This document shows, one piece after another, positions 1 through 10,684 of a DNA stretch of 64,000 nt. Made by a program: the position numbers and the translations under genes. Position 1 is the first letter of the stretch. Each line of letters opens with the position of its first letter. The stretch spans positions 806,001 to 870,000 of the forward strand of contig OZ037845.1 of the NCBI GenBank assembly GCA_964035575.1. Direction: 5' to 3'. Origin of the DNA: Rhynchopus sp. YZ270_cl-10 (lineage: Eukaryota). The notes beneath the pieces were generated by a model. That model made no database searches. It saw only the letters and a list, made by a program, of their open reading frames with translations, and was not told the DNA's origin.

Positions 1-374
1 ACCTTTGGATACAGCCGCTCTAAGGAGTATATCCCACCCCCAGGAATGTCCACTGTGTACGGATTCATCACCAGCCTTGTGTTCGCAGAGATGCTGAGAG
101 TGTAGCGGCTCTGTTCATATGCACGCCGGACTGCGTGGAGGAGGGTGGCTTCGTGGACAGAGGGGACGTCGCAGAGGTTGTCATAGTCGGTCTCTGTCAC
201 AGCAGCCTCGTCTGGGACAACGTGGATCTGCTCTGCACTGCATTCGGCCATCTCCGGTGCCACGGTGACCACGGTCCCTTCACCAGCACCATGTACCGAT
301 GCTACCCGTCCCACACACCATCCTTCCTCCGCATCAACCCGCAGTACCAAACCCCCAACCATCAAACCCTCCAT
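1..374 (-). CDS. Myosin-like protein, 5' end (runs off the window; absent from the ORF track)
   Basis: Manual translation from ATG 374 is open to base 1: MEGLMVGGLVLRVDAEEGWCVGRV...DYDNLCDVPSVHEATLLHAVRRAYEQSRYTLSISANTRLVMNPYTVDIP. This resembles the myosin SH3-like N-terminus and the DDL..L..LHEA.LL..L..RY...NPY..IP start of the motor domain, but is divergent. Confidence 0.7.
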   Translation of the reverse strand, partial: MEGLMVGGLVLRVDAEEGWCVGRVASVHGAGEGTVVTVAPEMAECSAEQIHVVPDEAAVTETDYDNLCDVPSVHEATLLHAVRRAYEQSRYTLSISANTRLVMNPYTVDIPGGGIYSLERLYPK

Positions 375-546
375 CGTAGAGGGGGGAGGGGGAGGGAGGG
401 AGTACTGTATGGGGGTGGATGAAATGTTGTTGAGAAGAAAAAAAAGAGAAGTTGAAAGTGTACATCCGGCCGAAGAATTGTTTTCTAGAAAAATGGTAGC
501 AAGAAAGCCATCTCTGGAAAGAGATGCAAAGAGATGGGGGGAAATA

Positions 547-1446
547 TCAGCAAATCCACTCAGAGCTTTTGAGGGACGAGAGGGCACGATGCTTTCGGGA
601 GGGGTGGTTTTGGTGCTGCGCCTTTCTCGCCGCACCTACCGGGGAGAAGTATACACTAAGGTGCTCCAGGTATTGTGTGTGCCGTGGATGCACCCCTCTT
701 CCACCCCCTACCTCTCTGGTAACGACTTGCCTGTCATGATGGCCTGGTATGTCACCCCGTTGCCTTCTTCTTGCAACTTCTGTGTACACTGCCAACTCGG
801 AAAGCAAAGAGGATTGCTCCTTGTTGAAATCCAGGGTTTCTTGACTGGAATGTCCACCCCCAATTGAATCTGCCCATTGCATTTTAGAGGGTTTCGTCAG
901 CGCCCTCGAGACAACCACCGCTCGCTTTGTGTCTGCAGCAATGTGTTTCTTCTTCTTCTTCCTTCGCGACACCACCACCCCTCCCGGCTCCTCTCCTGCA
1001 ACCCACTGTGCAAACCGCGCTGCAGCTGCCCCACCACCTTCATGAATTTTTTTGTGAACCAGAGGTGCATGGGAAGCAGCACCGATAGGTGGAGGTGTAG
1101 GTCGCTCCAAAGCTTCCAAAGGAGGCAGCCGTGCGGACCCTGGACGTGGTACATTTTTGACACGCCTCTGTGCAACAGAATGCAACGTTGTCAAAAAATT
1201 CGTCGTCCCAACAGGCAATTCCACCGCAGTGCTCGCACTCTGCGTATCCCCAGCCCCATCCACCTTCGCCCCCAAGGTACACCGCGACCCACTCCCCTTC
1301 CTCAAATAATACAACCCCATATACAATGAACGGTCCGCAATTGCCTTCAGACTCGCCTGTACTAAGGTTTCGATTCCATGAAGCACATTAGGGGTGGTGC
1401 CTGTGTGGCTAGAAGGAAGTGGCGCTGATGCAAAAGGCCCTAGCAT
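547..1446 (-). CDS. Hypothetical protein (299 aa)
   Basis: Longest ORF in the region, on the same strand as all host genes, with a basic RRKKKKK patch. No recognised domain. Confidence 0.55.
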   Translation of the reverse strand: MLGPFASAPLPSSHTGTTPNVLHGIETLVQASLKAIADRSLYMGLYYLRKGSGSRCTLGAKVDGAGDTQSASTAVELPVGTTNFLTTLHSVAQRRVKNVPRPGSARLPPLEALERPTPPPIGAASHAPLVHKKIHEGGGAAAARFAQWVAGEEPGGVVVSRRKKKKKHIAADTKRAVVVSRALTKPSKMQWADSIGGGHSSQETLDFNKEQSSLLSELAVYTEVARRRQRGDIPGHHDRQVVTREVGGGRGVHPRHTQYLEHLSVYFSPVGAARKAQHQNHPSRKHRALSSLKSSEWIC

Positions 1447-1719
1447 AGTGAAAAATCAACGAACCATAGAGGGCGGGGGTGGTATCATTGCTTTGAGAGG
1501 TATAGAAAGAATGGCAAGAAATGTGTGTTGTAAGTGTTCCTAGTGGATGTGGGGTTTGATATTAGAGGGAAATTCGGTGCAGAGAAAGGAATGTTTATAA
1601 GATGACCCTAAGCCTCTTTAGAGAAATGGTGGTTACGCATGGCTTCGGCTGACCTAACAAAAGTACATATAAATGTTGGGTGATGGCATAAGCCCGGTAA
1701 AAGAAGGGGGAAAAAAGTA

Positions 1720-1823
1720 GAGTCGAAATACAAAAGCCCTCTCGTGAACAGTGTACCTTGGTTGACCGGCTGTACTGGGGTGGGCCAATCATGCAGTCCA
1801 TCCATTTCGTGGTTTACATCTGA
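1720..1823. repeat. Dispersed ~100-bp repeat, family 2
   Basis: GAAATACAAAGCCCTCTCGTGACAGTGTACCTTGG...CATCCATTTCG...ACATCT recurs at about 25651, 43729, 46772, 62400 and 63195, always in the same orientation. Confidence 0.8.
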
Positions 1824-1981
1824 TATGTGCTACTCCCGCTTCCACTCATCAGTCAGATGAACGGGGATCATTGCGAACAGAGTATTAGGTCTAAGACAAA
1901 TTGGGAGGGGAGCGTAAAGCAAAAATTTGGAGATAAATGGGAGGAAAGATACTGGGTGAAAAGTGGCTACCACTGTGGGAA

Positions 1982-2050
1982 GAGTCTCGCAATACTTAGC
2001 GGCCCTCTCGAGGTTTACGAAGGAAAACCACGGAGGTATTTGAAGCTGCT
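1982..2050 (-). ncRNA. Candidate single-hairpin AGA-box (H/ACA-like) snoRNA, copy 1 of 3
   Basis: A ~68-nt module repeated three times. The minus strand can fold as a hairpin ending GCG-AGA-nnn. Pocket strands TCAAAT and GCCGC are complementary to SSU rRNA GCGGC-UU-A-AUUUGA. Confidence 0.6.
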
Positions 2051-2179
2051 TTGTTAAGTTCATTTTGTTCGATGTGGATGGAAGTGCTGTGCTCACTAAG
2101 TCAACATCGTGCCGTCGCCTTCGTCTGATGCATACGGAAACACAAAGACGCATACTTCTTCAGGTGTTTGCATCCAAAC

Positions 2180-2249
2180 AAATCTCGCAATACTTAGCGG
2201 CCCTCTCGAGGTTTATGAAAGGAAAACCACGGAGGTATTTGAAGCTGCT
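2180..2249 (-). ncRNA. Candidate AGA-box snoRNA, copy 2 of 3
   Basis: Near-identical to 1982-2050. Confidence 0.6.
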
Positions 2250-2310
2250 TTTTGGACAAGCTTTGACTCACATTGGTGCGTGAGGAGAGGTGGAAAGGTG
2301 GTGAACAGAA

Positions 2311-2401
2311 GTGTTTCAGACAAAGCGGTTAAAGTATGTGCTCATGGTCGAGACTCACATTGGTGCCAGCACTGACAATTAAAAGGTTTTCATCATGCTT
2401 T
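2311..2401 (-). ncRNA. Box C/D snoRNA family A, copy 1 of 5
   Basis: Minus strand: C box ATGATGA (2396-2390) and D box CTGA (2319-2316). Internal GTGCTGGCACCA is antisense to SSU rRNA TGGTGCCAGCAC. Confidence 0.8.
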
Positions 2402-2965
2402 CGTGTCAATGTTCAGAAGAGAAAAAGGGAAGGGGTTGGTGTCGTTTGTTTGTTGGTGTCATCCATGACCTTGAAGATTAAGACACAAGAAGTCAAATGC
2501 ATCAGAGGAAAGGCAAACCGTACAGAAAAGAAAACGTTGAAACCCAAAAAGAAGTAAGCTGTCGAAGTAAGTTGTGTGTTGGACACACAAAAAGAAAAGC
2601 AAACAAAAGTTGTGACCGTGCAGACGTCTCGTGGACGTGGAACGGAAAAGGAGAGAAACAAAACGTGGAGAACAAAACTCATGTCTGCAAGAACAACAGG
2701 TTCGTTCGTGTGCAACACACAGATCACACACAATTGCAACATGAGCCGTTCAACAAAACAGACGGGATGGGAACAGAACACAAATGCAAGTGGTCGAAGA
2801 ACACCCGTTGTGCAGTGCAGCAAGGGGGTGAAATGCAAAAGATTGCACCCATGATTCCTCCCAACCCAGTCAAGTCACAAAAACGCAACAACAAAATCGA
2901 AGTAAAGAAAACATGTAAGACAAATGTTTCAAAGTGAAAGAAAGTCAATGTCAGCCCAAAGCAGC

Positions 2966-3610
2966 TCATGCCTTCAAAACAGTGCGAAGGCCCTCCGCAG
3001 ACGCGTAGTACTCCTTCACCTTCGGGTGGTTTGCAACCACAGCCTTGTGTGCAGCAAGGTTCTTGAACGACACCAGTGCGTCCGACGGGACACCGTCAAG
3101 GAACCCAGACACAAGGAACTGTGCATATGTGAAGATCACCAAGTCTGCCACTGTCAGGGAGTCACCCACAGCGTACTTCTTCCCCGCAAGACGCGAGTCC
3201 AGGAAGACAAGCCACTTGTGGAAGTCCCCACCCTCAGCAATGGCAGTCACACGGAAGGCCTTCTTCTCGTCCTCGTCCTTGATCTCAAACGACTTGCGCA
3301 GAACTGTGAAGAGCTCATCCGCGTAGTCAATGATCTCGTCCACACTCAGCGCCGCACGTGCATCCTTGGGGTACAGGTTCCCGAGTTTCGCAACGTAACG
3401 CAGGATTGAGCTGTGCTGTCCCACCATCTCCCCGTCCACGTGCAGAAGCGGCAGCTGCTGTGGGGCCACCTTCGCCTTCAGACCCCCTCCCCACGTCGGG
3501 AAGTCAATGTGCTCATCCTCAAGCACAAGGCCACCCACGTGTGCGGCAAGACGGGTCGCCTCAGGCTTCGAGGGGACGCCGAAGTAGACAAGCTTCAGGG
3601 TCGGTGCCAT
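2966..3610 (-). CDS. Glutathione S-transferase, sigma/alpha-like, 214 aa
   Basis: MAPTLKLVYF, PQQLPLLHVDG, QHSSILRYV and GDSLTVADL are GST motifs. The start is set at the ATG shared with the paralogues. Confidence 0.92.
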   Translation of the reverse strand: MAPTLKLVYFGVPSKPEATRLAAHVGGLVLEDEHIDFPTWGGGLKAKVAPQQLPLLHVDGEMVGQHSSILRYVAKLGNLYPKDARAALSVDEIIDYADELFTVLRKSFEIKDEDEKKAFRVTAIAEGGDFHKWLVFLDSRLAGKKYAVGDSLTVADLVIFTYAQFLVSGFLDGVPSDALVSFKNLAAHKAVVANHPKVKEYYASAEGLRTVLKA

Positions 3611-4277
3611 TTTGTGTGGTGAGGGTGGTGTTGTGGTGTGGTGTTGAGAATCTGTGTAGGAATGTGTATTGGGTGAAAAACAGAACTGGGTGCCAGTGTG
3701 GGAGGGGATGCGAAGAATACAAAAAAGCGTCATCAATTGTTTTGCACATTATTTTCTGGTGGTTGGTTCGGGCGTGCCATTTTCATTGGTATGTTGCAGA
3801 GAAAGGCAAAGCTCACAGAAAAGCGAGCAACTGCACGTCGCTGTTGACACACACGACAGACATGCCCGGTCACCTCCTTGTGCAGAAACCACAAACCATG
3901 TCGAGGTTAGCAGGGTGGGGAGAGGGGAAACGTGACAGCACTTCATATTGGGTGACACATCACGTTACCTTCCTTTCCGTTCCCACTGCTGATCCTCGAA
4001 ACAAACAAATAAACAAACAAACAAAGACGAACGGACCACACTTGGACTTGGGGCCACACACGTCTGATCAAAAGAGTTGAAGAAAAAAAGTGAAAACAGA
4101 GACAAAAGTGGAGTTAGGGCGGAGATAGAAACGAGAGAAAAATCCCAACAAACAGCGTTGGGATGTTTTCTTGAAAAGAGAGCAGCGTGGGATAATGAAA
4201 TCCCAAAAAAGACAAGAAAAAGAGAAATAATGAGAAAAATGAAGTGAAATTCCAGTCTGAGCACCCTTGTTACCTTC

Positions 4278-4985
4278 CTACTTCTGGGCAGCAGCGGCAG
4301 CAGCAGCAGCCTTCTTGGCCTCAATAGCAGCCTTGATTCCTGCTGCATTCTTCAACCACTCACCAGACTTCTGGAAGTTTGCACTGTAGCCCTCAACAGA
4401 CTTCAACCGCTCAATGTAGGCAAGGATGGACGGGTATCCCTCCAGCAGGTTCTTCCCAATTTTCCCCTGCACAAGGAGGAGCTGGTCCACCTCAGGTGCG
4501 AACAGGAAGTCCGCAATCGAGATGTCGTCCCCAGCCACGAAGTTCTGCTTCGAGAGGAGGGTGTCGTACAGCTGCAGGGTCGGGGTGACCTTCTCGATGC
4601 CTGCCTTGAGCAGGGCGGGGAACTCCTCAGCAGACGCAAAGAAGCAGTGGGTCACAACCTCGCCCGTGATCTTGCGCACTCTGGCCAGGTTCCGTGCCAC
4701 AAACTGCATCACCTTCGCCTGCTGCTTCTTGTCCTTCGGCACAATGGCGTGTCCCTCAGCAAGGTACTGCAGGATCGCAGCACTCTCCTCCAGGAAGAAG
4801 TCGCCCTCCTCGTACGACGGGATCTGGCCGGCAGGGAACTTCGCAACGTAGTCGGGGTGCTTCTGCTCCCCCTTCAGCATCTCAACCGTGCGCAGCTCAA
4901 CATCAGACTTCGCGTAGGCAGCAAACCACGAAACAGAGCGGCAAGGCTGCGAGAAGTCGTGCGAGTTCAGGATTCCGGTCGGCAT
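4278..4985 (-). CDS. Glutathione S-transferase, theta-like, 235 aa
   Basis: FSQPCRSV, FPAGQIPSYEEGDFFLEESAAILQYL and AGDDISIADF motifs. The probable start MPTG follows a CA-rich leader. Confidence 0.9.
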   Translation of the reverse strand: MPTGILNSHDFSQPCRSVSWFAAYAKSDVELRTVEMLKGEQKHPDYVAKFPAGQIPSYEEGDFFLEESAAILQYLAEGHAIVPKDKKQQAKVMQFVARNLARVRKITGEVVTHCFFASAEEFPALLKAGIEKVTPTLQLYDTLLSKQNFVAGDDISIADFLFAPEVDQLLLVQGKIGKNLLEGYPSILAYIERLKSVEGYSANFQKSGEWLKNAAGIKAAIEAKKAAAAAAAAQK

Positions 4986-6510
4986 CTTGTGTGTTTGGTG
5001 TTTTGTTGGTTGTTGTGTGAATGTAATAATATCTGTGTGGTGGTGAATTGAAACTGCACTGCGTGACAGTAATGGAATGGGATGGGATGGGATGCTGCGA
5101 AGAATATCAAGGAATGAGAGAGGGAGAAGAAAAACAAGGATGGTTTTGTTCATTTATCAGATCGCGTTCTACGTGCCTTGTGGGGCTCACAGCAATCCCG
5201 GCACTAGAAACGTCCAAAATAATATAACGATGTTGCCGTGCAGACGCCTTCTGGATACAGGCACATGCAAGAAAAGAATGGAACGTTTGAAAGGTGACGA
5301 AAGCCTCTCGTGCTCAGTCACTTTCAATAGACGTGTATCATAAAAAGAAAGAAACAGGTAAAACAAAACAAAAAGAGAAAAAGAAACCACAAAGATGAGT
5401 GTTGCTTGTGCATGCATCTCCATCTTCACATCGAACATGAATGGAACTCACGTTCACACACATTGTCGATAAAGGTAGAAAATAAGATATCCTCTGAACC
5501 AGGTACAGGATGGGTATCTAAGAAGATACGTATCCGCAACCTGCACCATGTGACTGGTCCACAGAACGTTAGAAAACAGGGTAGAGAAGAAGGGGCAGAA
5601 GGTGTGCAGGGGCACACACCATCAGATCTTGGGAGGAAGCTAAAAGAATGACAACTTGAAACAGGTTATGTGCCCAGGATGTGCACACTTTTCTATCATC
5701 AAGAAATCAGGGAAAATGGGAAATGGGAAATGGGGAGCAAACCAAAAAGGGGTGCTGGGATATTTGCGAAAGAGAGCAGAGAGAAGCGTGCCGCCATCCA
5801 GTGTGTCTCGTGGACATATAATGGCGGCGTACTTCTCAAGCAGCTCTTCGCAAAAACGTGACTCCTCCGCACAAGCTCAGGGCTCGTGTTGCTGTAGTAC
5901 TATTTGCAGTGACGGGGCAGCATGCACATTGAGACATCCAGCAGCATCTCAGAAGGCATACAAGACCACAGTCAATTGCAACTAGAACAAACCAATACGC
6001 ACTCTGATCAGTGTGTTGTGACACACAAGAAAAGAGAGATGTGCACGAAGGAAGCCACTCAACTGGTTAACATTGCAAACCAGTTGACCCATAAATAATG
6101 ATAGTATTCTTTCAAAAAAGCAATAGAAACAGGTGAGGGAACACAAAAGTAATTCTCAAAGCCTTGTGTGCAGAATGCAGCACAGGGTTTGAAATCAAAA
6201 AAGAAAAGTTGAAAGTGCAAACACATCACCGTTCATCGTCGGACGGAGGCACTGACAATAAGCAAAATAAACCCTCGATCCCGTGTACCCTGCAAATAGG
6301 CAAGGTGTGACAAAAAGTAAAACAGACGATGTGCACAAGGCGACAACGTCGAAGTAGAGAAACTGATAAAAGTTGTACGATGCCGAGGCTGATGTTCTTA
6401 GTCAGAGCCACAAAACAAACAAGAAAACTTCAAATCGAAAATGTGACGACAACATTCACATCCCCCCATTCACCGAATGCACCAGCATCATCCTTTCACA
6501 ACGAAAACGC

Positions 6511-9426
6511 CTAGAGGCATGGCAGCGAGTCGAGACACGCAATCTTGGTGCATCCGAGAGCCCCGTCGTTGCAGGAGCAAGTGTTGCAGTCGTTCGTGCC
6601 CTCACCCTTTCCAGTCCATCCGTCAGCAACTACAGTTCCGCACTGAAGCTCACAAGACTTCTTTGCTGGGCAAGGCAGGTCAGGGCACGCAATCAGAGTG
6701 CAGCGAAGGAGACCACTTTCCATGCAGCCACATGTGTTGCAGGCGTTGTCACCCTCGTCGTGTCCACTCCATCCGACAGGGACAACAGTGCCACATCCAA
6801 GAGTGCAGGTGGTGGGTTCAGGCTTCGGGCACTCCTTGCTGTTGGGGCAACCCATCTTTGTGCACGCAAGACCGCCATCTCTGCAGGAGCAAGTGTTGCA
6901 GTCGTTCGTGCCTTCGTCCTTCCCAGTCCATCCGTCAGCAACAACAGTTCCGCACTGAAGCTCACAAGACTTCTTTGCTGGGCAAGGCAGGTCAGGGCAC
7001 GCAATCAGAGTGCAGCGAAGGAGACCACTTTCCATGCAGCCACATGTGTTGCAGGCGTTGTCACCCTCGTCGTTTCCACCCCATCCGACAGGGACAACAG
7101 TGCCACATCCAAGAGTGCAGGTGGTGGGCTCAGGCTTCGGGCACTCCTTCCTCTCGAAACATTCCATCTTTGTGCATGCAAGACCTCCATCATGGCAGGA
7201 GCAAGTTCTGCAGTGGTTCGGGCCCACGTCCTTTCCAGTCCAGCCGTCAGCAACAACAGTTCCGCACTGAAGCTCGCAAGACTTCTTTGTTGGGCAAGGC
7301 AGGTCAGGGCATGCAATCAGAGTGCAGATGAGGTGTCCGCTCTCAGTGCAGCTGCACGTGTTGCAAGCGTTGTCACCCTCGTCGTTTCCACTCCATCCGA
7401 CAGGGACAACAGTGCCACATCCAAGAGTGCAGGTGGTGGGCTCAGGCTTCGGGCACTCCTTCCTCTCGAAACATTCCATCTTTGTGCACGCAAGACCACC
7501 ATCATGGCAGGAGCAAGTTCTGCAGTGGTTCGGGCCCACGTCCTTTCCAGACCATCCGTCGGCAACAACAGTTCCGCACTGAAGCTCACAAGACTTCTTT
7601 GTTGGGCAAGGCAGGTCAGGGCATGCAATCAGAGTGCAGCGAAGGAGACCACTCTCCATGCAGCCACATGTGTTGCAGGCGTTGTCACCCTCGTCGTTTC
7701 CACTCCATCCGACAGGGACAACAGTGCCACATCCAAGAGTGCAGGTGGTGGGCTCAGGCTTCGGGCACTCCTTCCTCTCGAAACATTCCATCTTTGTGCA
7801 TGCAAGACCTCCATCATGGCAGGAGCAAGTCCTGCAGTGGTTCGGGCCCACGTCCTTTCCAGTCCATCCGTCAGCAACAACAGTTCCGCACTGAAGCTCA
7901 CAGGACTTCTTTGTTGGGCAAGGTAGGTCAGGGCATGCAATCAGAGTGCAGATGAGGTGTCCGCTCTCAGTACAGCTGCACGTGTTGCAGGCGTTGTCAC
8001 CCTCGTCGTGTCCACTCCATCCGACAGGGACAACAGTGCCACATCCAAGAGTGCAGGTGGTGGGCTCAGGCTTCGGGCACTCCTTGCTGTTGGGGCAGCC
8101 CATCTTTGTGCACGCAAGACCGCCATCTCTGCAGGAGCAGGTGTTGCAGTCGTTGGTTCCCTCACCCTTTCCAGTCCAGCCGTCAGCAACAACAGTTCCG
8201 CACTGAAGCTCACAGGACTTCTGTGTTGGGCAAGGCAGGTCAGGGCACGCAATCAGAGTGCAGATGAGGTGTCCGCTCTCAGTGCAGCTGCACGTGTTGC
8301 AAGCGTTGTCACCCTCGTCGTTTCCACCCCATCCGACAGGAACAACAGTGCCACATCCAAGAGTGCAGGTGGTGGGCTCAGGCTTCGGGCACTCCTTCCT
8401 CTCGAAACATTCCATCTTTGTGCATGCAAGACCACCATCATGGCAGGAGCAAGTTCTGCAGTGGTTCGGGCCCACGTCCTTTCCAGTCCAGCCGTCAGCA
8501 ACAACAGTTCCGCACTGAAGCTCACAGGACTTCTTTGTTGGGCAAGGCAGGTCAGGGCACGCAATCAGAGTGCAGATGAGGTGTCCACTCTCAGTGCAGC
8601 TGCACGTGTTGCAAGCGTTGTCACCCTCGTCGTTTCCACTCCATCCGACAGGGACAACAGTGCCACATCCAAGAGTGCAGGTGGTGGGCTCAGGCTTCGG
8701 GCACTCCTTGCTGTTGGGGCAGCCCATCTTTGTGCACGCAAGACCGCCATCTCTGCAGGAGCAGGTGTTGCAGTCGTTCGTGCCCTCACCCTTTCCAGTC
8801 CATCCGTCAGCAACTACAGTTCCGCACTGAAGCTCACAAGACTTCTTTGTTGGGCAAGGCAGGTCAGGGCACGCAATCAGAGTGCAGATGAGGTGTCCGC
8901 TCTCAGTGCAGCTGCAGGTGTTGCAGGCGTTGTCACCCTCGTCGTTTCCACCCCATCCGACAGGGACAACAGTGCCACATCCAAGAGTGCAGGTGGTGGG
9001 CTCAGGCTTCGGGCACTCCTTGCTGTTGGGGCAGCCCATCTTTGTGCACGCAAGACCTCCGTTGATGCAGTTGCACATGTTGCAGTCGTTGGTTCCCTCG
9101 TCGTTGCCCATCCATCCGTTTGCAACAACAGTTCCGCACTGCAGAGTGCATGTCTCCTGCTTGGGTTGGACACACAGCGGTGTGTGGAGTGTACCATCGC
9201 CCTCACACAAAAGGTGGTCTTGACAGTGCTGGGCACGGCATGGACGTGCACCGCCACAGGTCTCACCCTCTGCACGCTTCGGCACACAGACAGAGTAGAA
9301 CGAGAGGCAGTGGCCGTACCATTCAAGCGGACGGCACCACTCGCTTGGTGCGCAGTCGTCGTTGGCCCAGCACTGCTGAGCTGAGACAGCCGCAACAGCT
9401 GTGAGGAGCAGTGTCGTGCGTAGCAT
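6511..9426 (-). CDS. Secreted cysteine-rich protein with 17 pacifastin-like protease-inhibitor domains (971 aa)
   Basis: Signal peptide MLRTTLLLTAVAAVSA, then a Cys-rich N-domain, then 312-bp (104-aa) tandem units. Each unit has two C..CNxCxC..G...CTxxxC domains (CTLIAC and CTKM[GE]C). Confidence 0.8.
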   Translation of the reverse strand: MLRTTLLLTAVAAVSAQQCWANDDCAPSEWCRPLEWYGHCLSFYSVCVPKRAEGETCGGARPCRAQHCQDHLLCEGDGTLHTPLCVQPKQETCTLQCGTVVANGWMGNDEGTNDCNMCNCINGGLACTKMGCPNSKECPKPEPTTCTLGCGTVVPVGWGGNDEGDNACNTCSCTESGHLICTLIACPDLPCPTKKSCELQCGTVVADGWTGKGEGTNDCNTCSCRDGGLACTKMGCPNSKECPKPEPTTCTLGCGTVVPVGWSGNDEGDNACNTCSCTESGHLICTLIACPDLPCPTKKSCELQCGTVVADGWTGKDVGPNHCRTCSCHDGGLACTKMECFERKECPKPEPTTCTLGCGTVVPVGWGGNDEGDNACNTCSCTESGHLICTLIACPDLPCPTQKSCELQCGTVVADGWTGKGEGTNDCNTCSCRDGGLACTKMGCPNSKECPKPEPTTCTLGCGTVVPVGWSGHDEGDNACNTCSCTESGHLICTLIACPDLPCPTKKSCELQCGTVVADGWTGKDVGPNHCRTCSCHDGGLACTKMECFERKECPKPEPTTCTLGCGTVVPVGWSGNDEGDNACNTCGCMESGLLRCTLIACPDLPCPTKKSCELQCGTVVADGWSGKDVGPNHCRTCSCHDGGLACTKMECFERKECPKPEPTTCTLGCGTVVPVGWSGNDEGDNACNTCSCTESGHLICTLIACPDLPCPTKKSCELQCGTVVADGWTGKDVGPNHCRTCSCHDGGLACTKMECFERKECPKPEPTTCTLGCGTVVPVGWGGNDEGDNACNTCGCMESGLLRCTLIACPDLPCPAKKSCELQCGTVVADGWTGKDEGTNDCNTCSCRDGGLACTKMGCPNSKECPKPEPTTCTLGCGTVVPVGWSGHDEGDNACNTCGCMESGLLRCTLIACPDLPCPAKKSCELQCGTVVADGWTGKGEGTNDCNTCSCNDGALGCTKIACLDSLPCL

Positions 9427-9765
9427 TGGAGCAAGGTATGTGTTTGTATCAAAAGAGTATCTGTGGGGTGACGTGGCTGAGGTGCTGGGAGGAATATTAG
9501 AGTTATACATCATGTGAAGCGTGGCGAAACAGAAGGAAGGTGTTGTGACCCCGTTGTAATAGTGCTCTCTGTCGCCCAAGCTGCAGTTGTGTGTTGCACG
9601 TTGCAGAAGAAAGTTAAGTTGATGGTGCAAATAATCGAACCCCGGAGTGTTGCACTTCGGAGTTGCTCACAGGGAAACTGTAAGCAGGCACACAGTCATA
9701 AGAAGAAAGGTGTCGCCAGACACACTGTAGATAATTGGATAAAATAGCAAGAGACCGCAAGCAGT

Positions 9766-9872
9766 CGTAGTCAGATGGCTGATCCTGCACTTTGAGACTC
9801 ATAATCTATGTCAACACAGGACACGCCTTGCTGGGGCGTGCCTTCAGGAGTCATTTAAGGTCATCATAAACG
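9766..9872 (-). ncRNA. Box C/D snoRNA family C, copy 1 of 3
   Basis: C box ATGATGA (9867-9861) and D box CTGA (9774-9771). The guide GCAGGATCAGCCA is antisense, with one G:U pair, to the SSU 5'-end TGGTTGATCCTGC. Confidence 0.75.
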
Positions 9873-9918
9873 TGTGGTGGGGTGTGTGGAGTGTGGTTGT
9901 TTGCTTTGGTGTTGTGTC

Positions 9919-9997
9919 AGCAGTCAGGTGAGGTTGGAATGTATCCACAGCGTTGCTTCGGCTTGGCTAGGGCGGTTCCAGGATTTCATCATGCACA
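9919..9997 (-). ncRNA. Box C/D snoRNA family D, copy 1 of 3
   Basis: C box ATGATGA, D'-like CCGA and D box CTGA. The guide CCGCCCTAGCCAA is antisense, with one G:U pair, to LSU TTGGCTGGGGCGG. Confidence 0.75.
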
Positions 9998-10029
9998 ACA
10001 GAGGAGGGGTGGAAAGGTGGGGAACAGAA

Positions 10030-10120
10030 GTGTTTCAGACAAAGCGGTTAAAGTATGTGCTCATGGTCGAGACTCACATTGGTGCCAGCACTGACAATTA
10101 AAAGGTTTTCATCATGCTTT
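10030..10120 (-). ncRNA. Box C/D snoRNA family A, copy 2 of 5
   Basis: Matches 2311-2401. Confidence 0.8.
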
Positions 10121-10684
10121 CGTGTCAATGTTCAGAAGAGAAAAGGGGAAGGGGTTGGTGTCGTTTGTTTGTTGGTGTCATCCATGACCTTGAAGATTAA
10201 GACACAAGAAGTCAAATGCATCAGAGGAAAGGCAAACCGTACAGAAAAGAAAACGTTGAAACCCAAAAAGAAGTAAGCTGTCGAAGTAAGTTGTGTGTTG
10301 GACACACAAAAAGAAAAGCAAACAAAAGTTGTGACCGTGCAGACGTCTCGTGGACGTGGAACGGAAAAGGAGAGAAACAAAACGTGGAGAACAAAACTCA
10401 TGTCTGCAAGAACAACAGGTTCGTTCGTGTGCAACACACAGATCACACACAATTGCAACATGAGCCGTTCAACAAAACAGACGGGATGGGAACAGAACAC
10501 AAATGCAAGTGGTCGAAGAACACCCGTTGTGCAGTGCAGCAAGGGGGTGAAATGCAAAAGATTGCACCCATGATTCCTCCCAACCCAGTCAAGTCACAAA
10601 AACGCAACAACAAAATCGAAGTAAAGAAAACATGTAAGACAAATGTTTCAAAGTGAAAGAAAGTCAATGTCAGCCCAAAGCAGC

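Noticed and set aside
3611..3736. N-terminal extensions in the ORF track for the GST, pacifastin-like, IRED-like, cyclase, HOP2 and kinase genes
   Set aside because: They translate low-complexity CA- or pyrimidine-rich leaders, and several are not conserved between paralogues.
5150..6010. Further hairpins between the theta GST and the pacifastin-like gene as extra snoRNAs
   Set aside because: Stems are visible, but no convincing box pair or rRNA complement was found by eye. A computational scan is needed.
6373..9384. Long plus-strand ORFs (517, 475 and 284 aa; also 795 aa at 36106) and periodic 86/103-aa ORFs
   Set aside because: Antisense or alternate-frame shadows of the 312-bp coding repeat. 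The minus frame has the signal peptide and the domain pattern.
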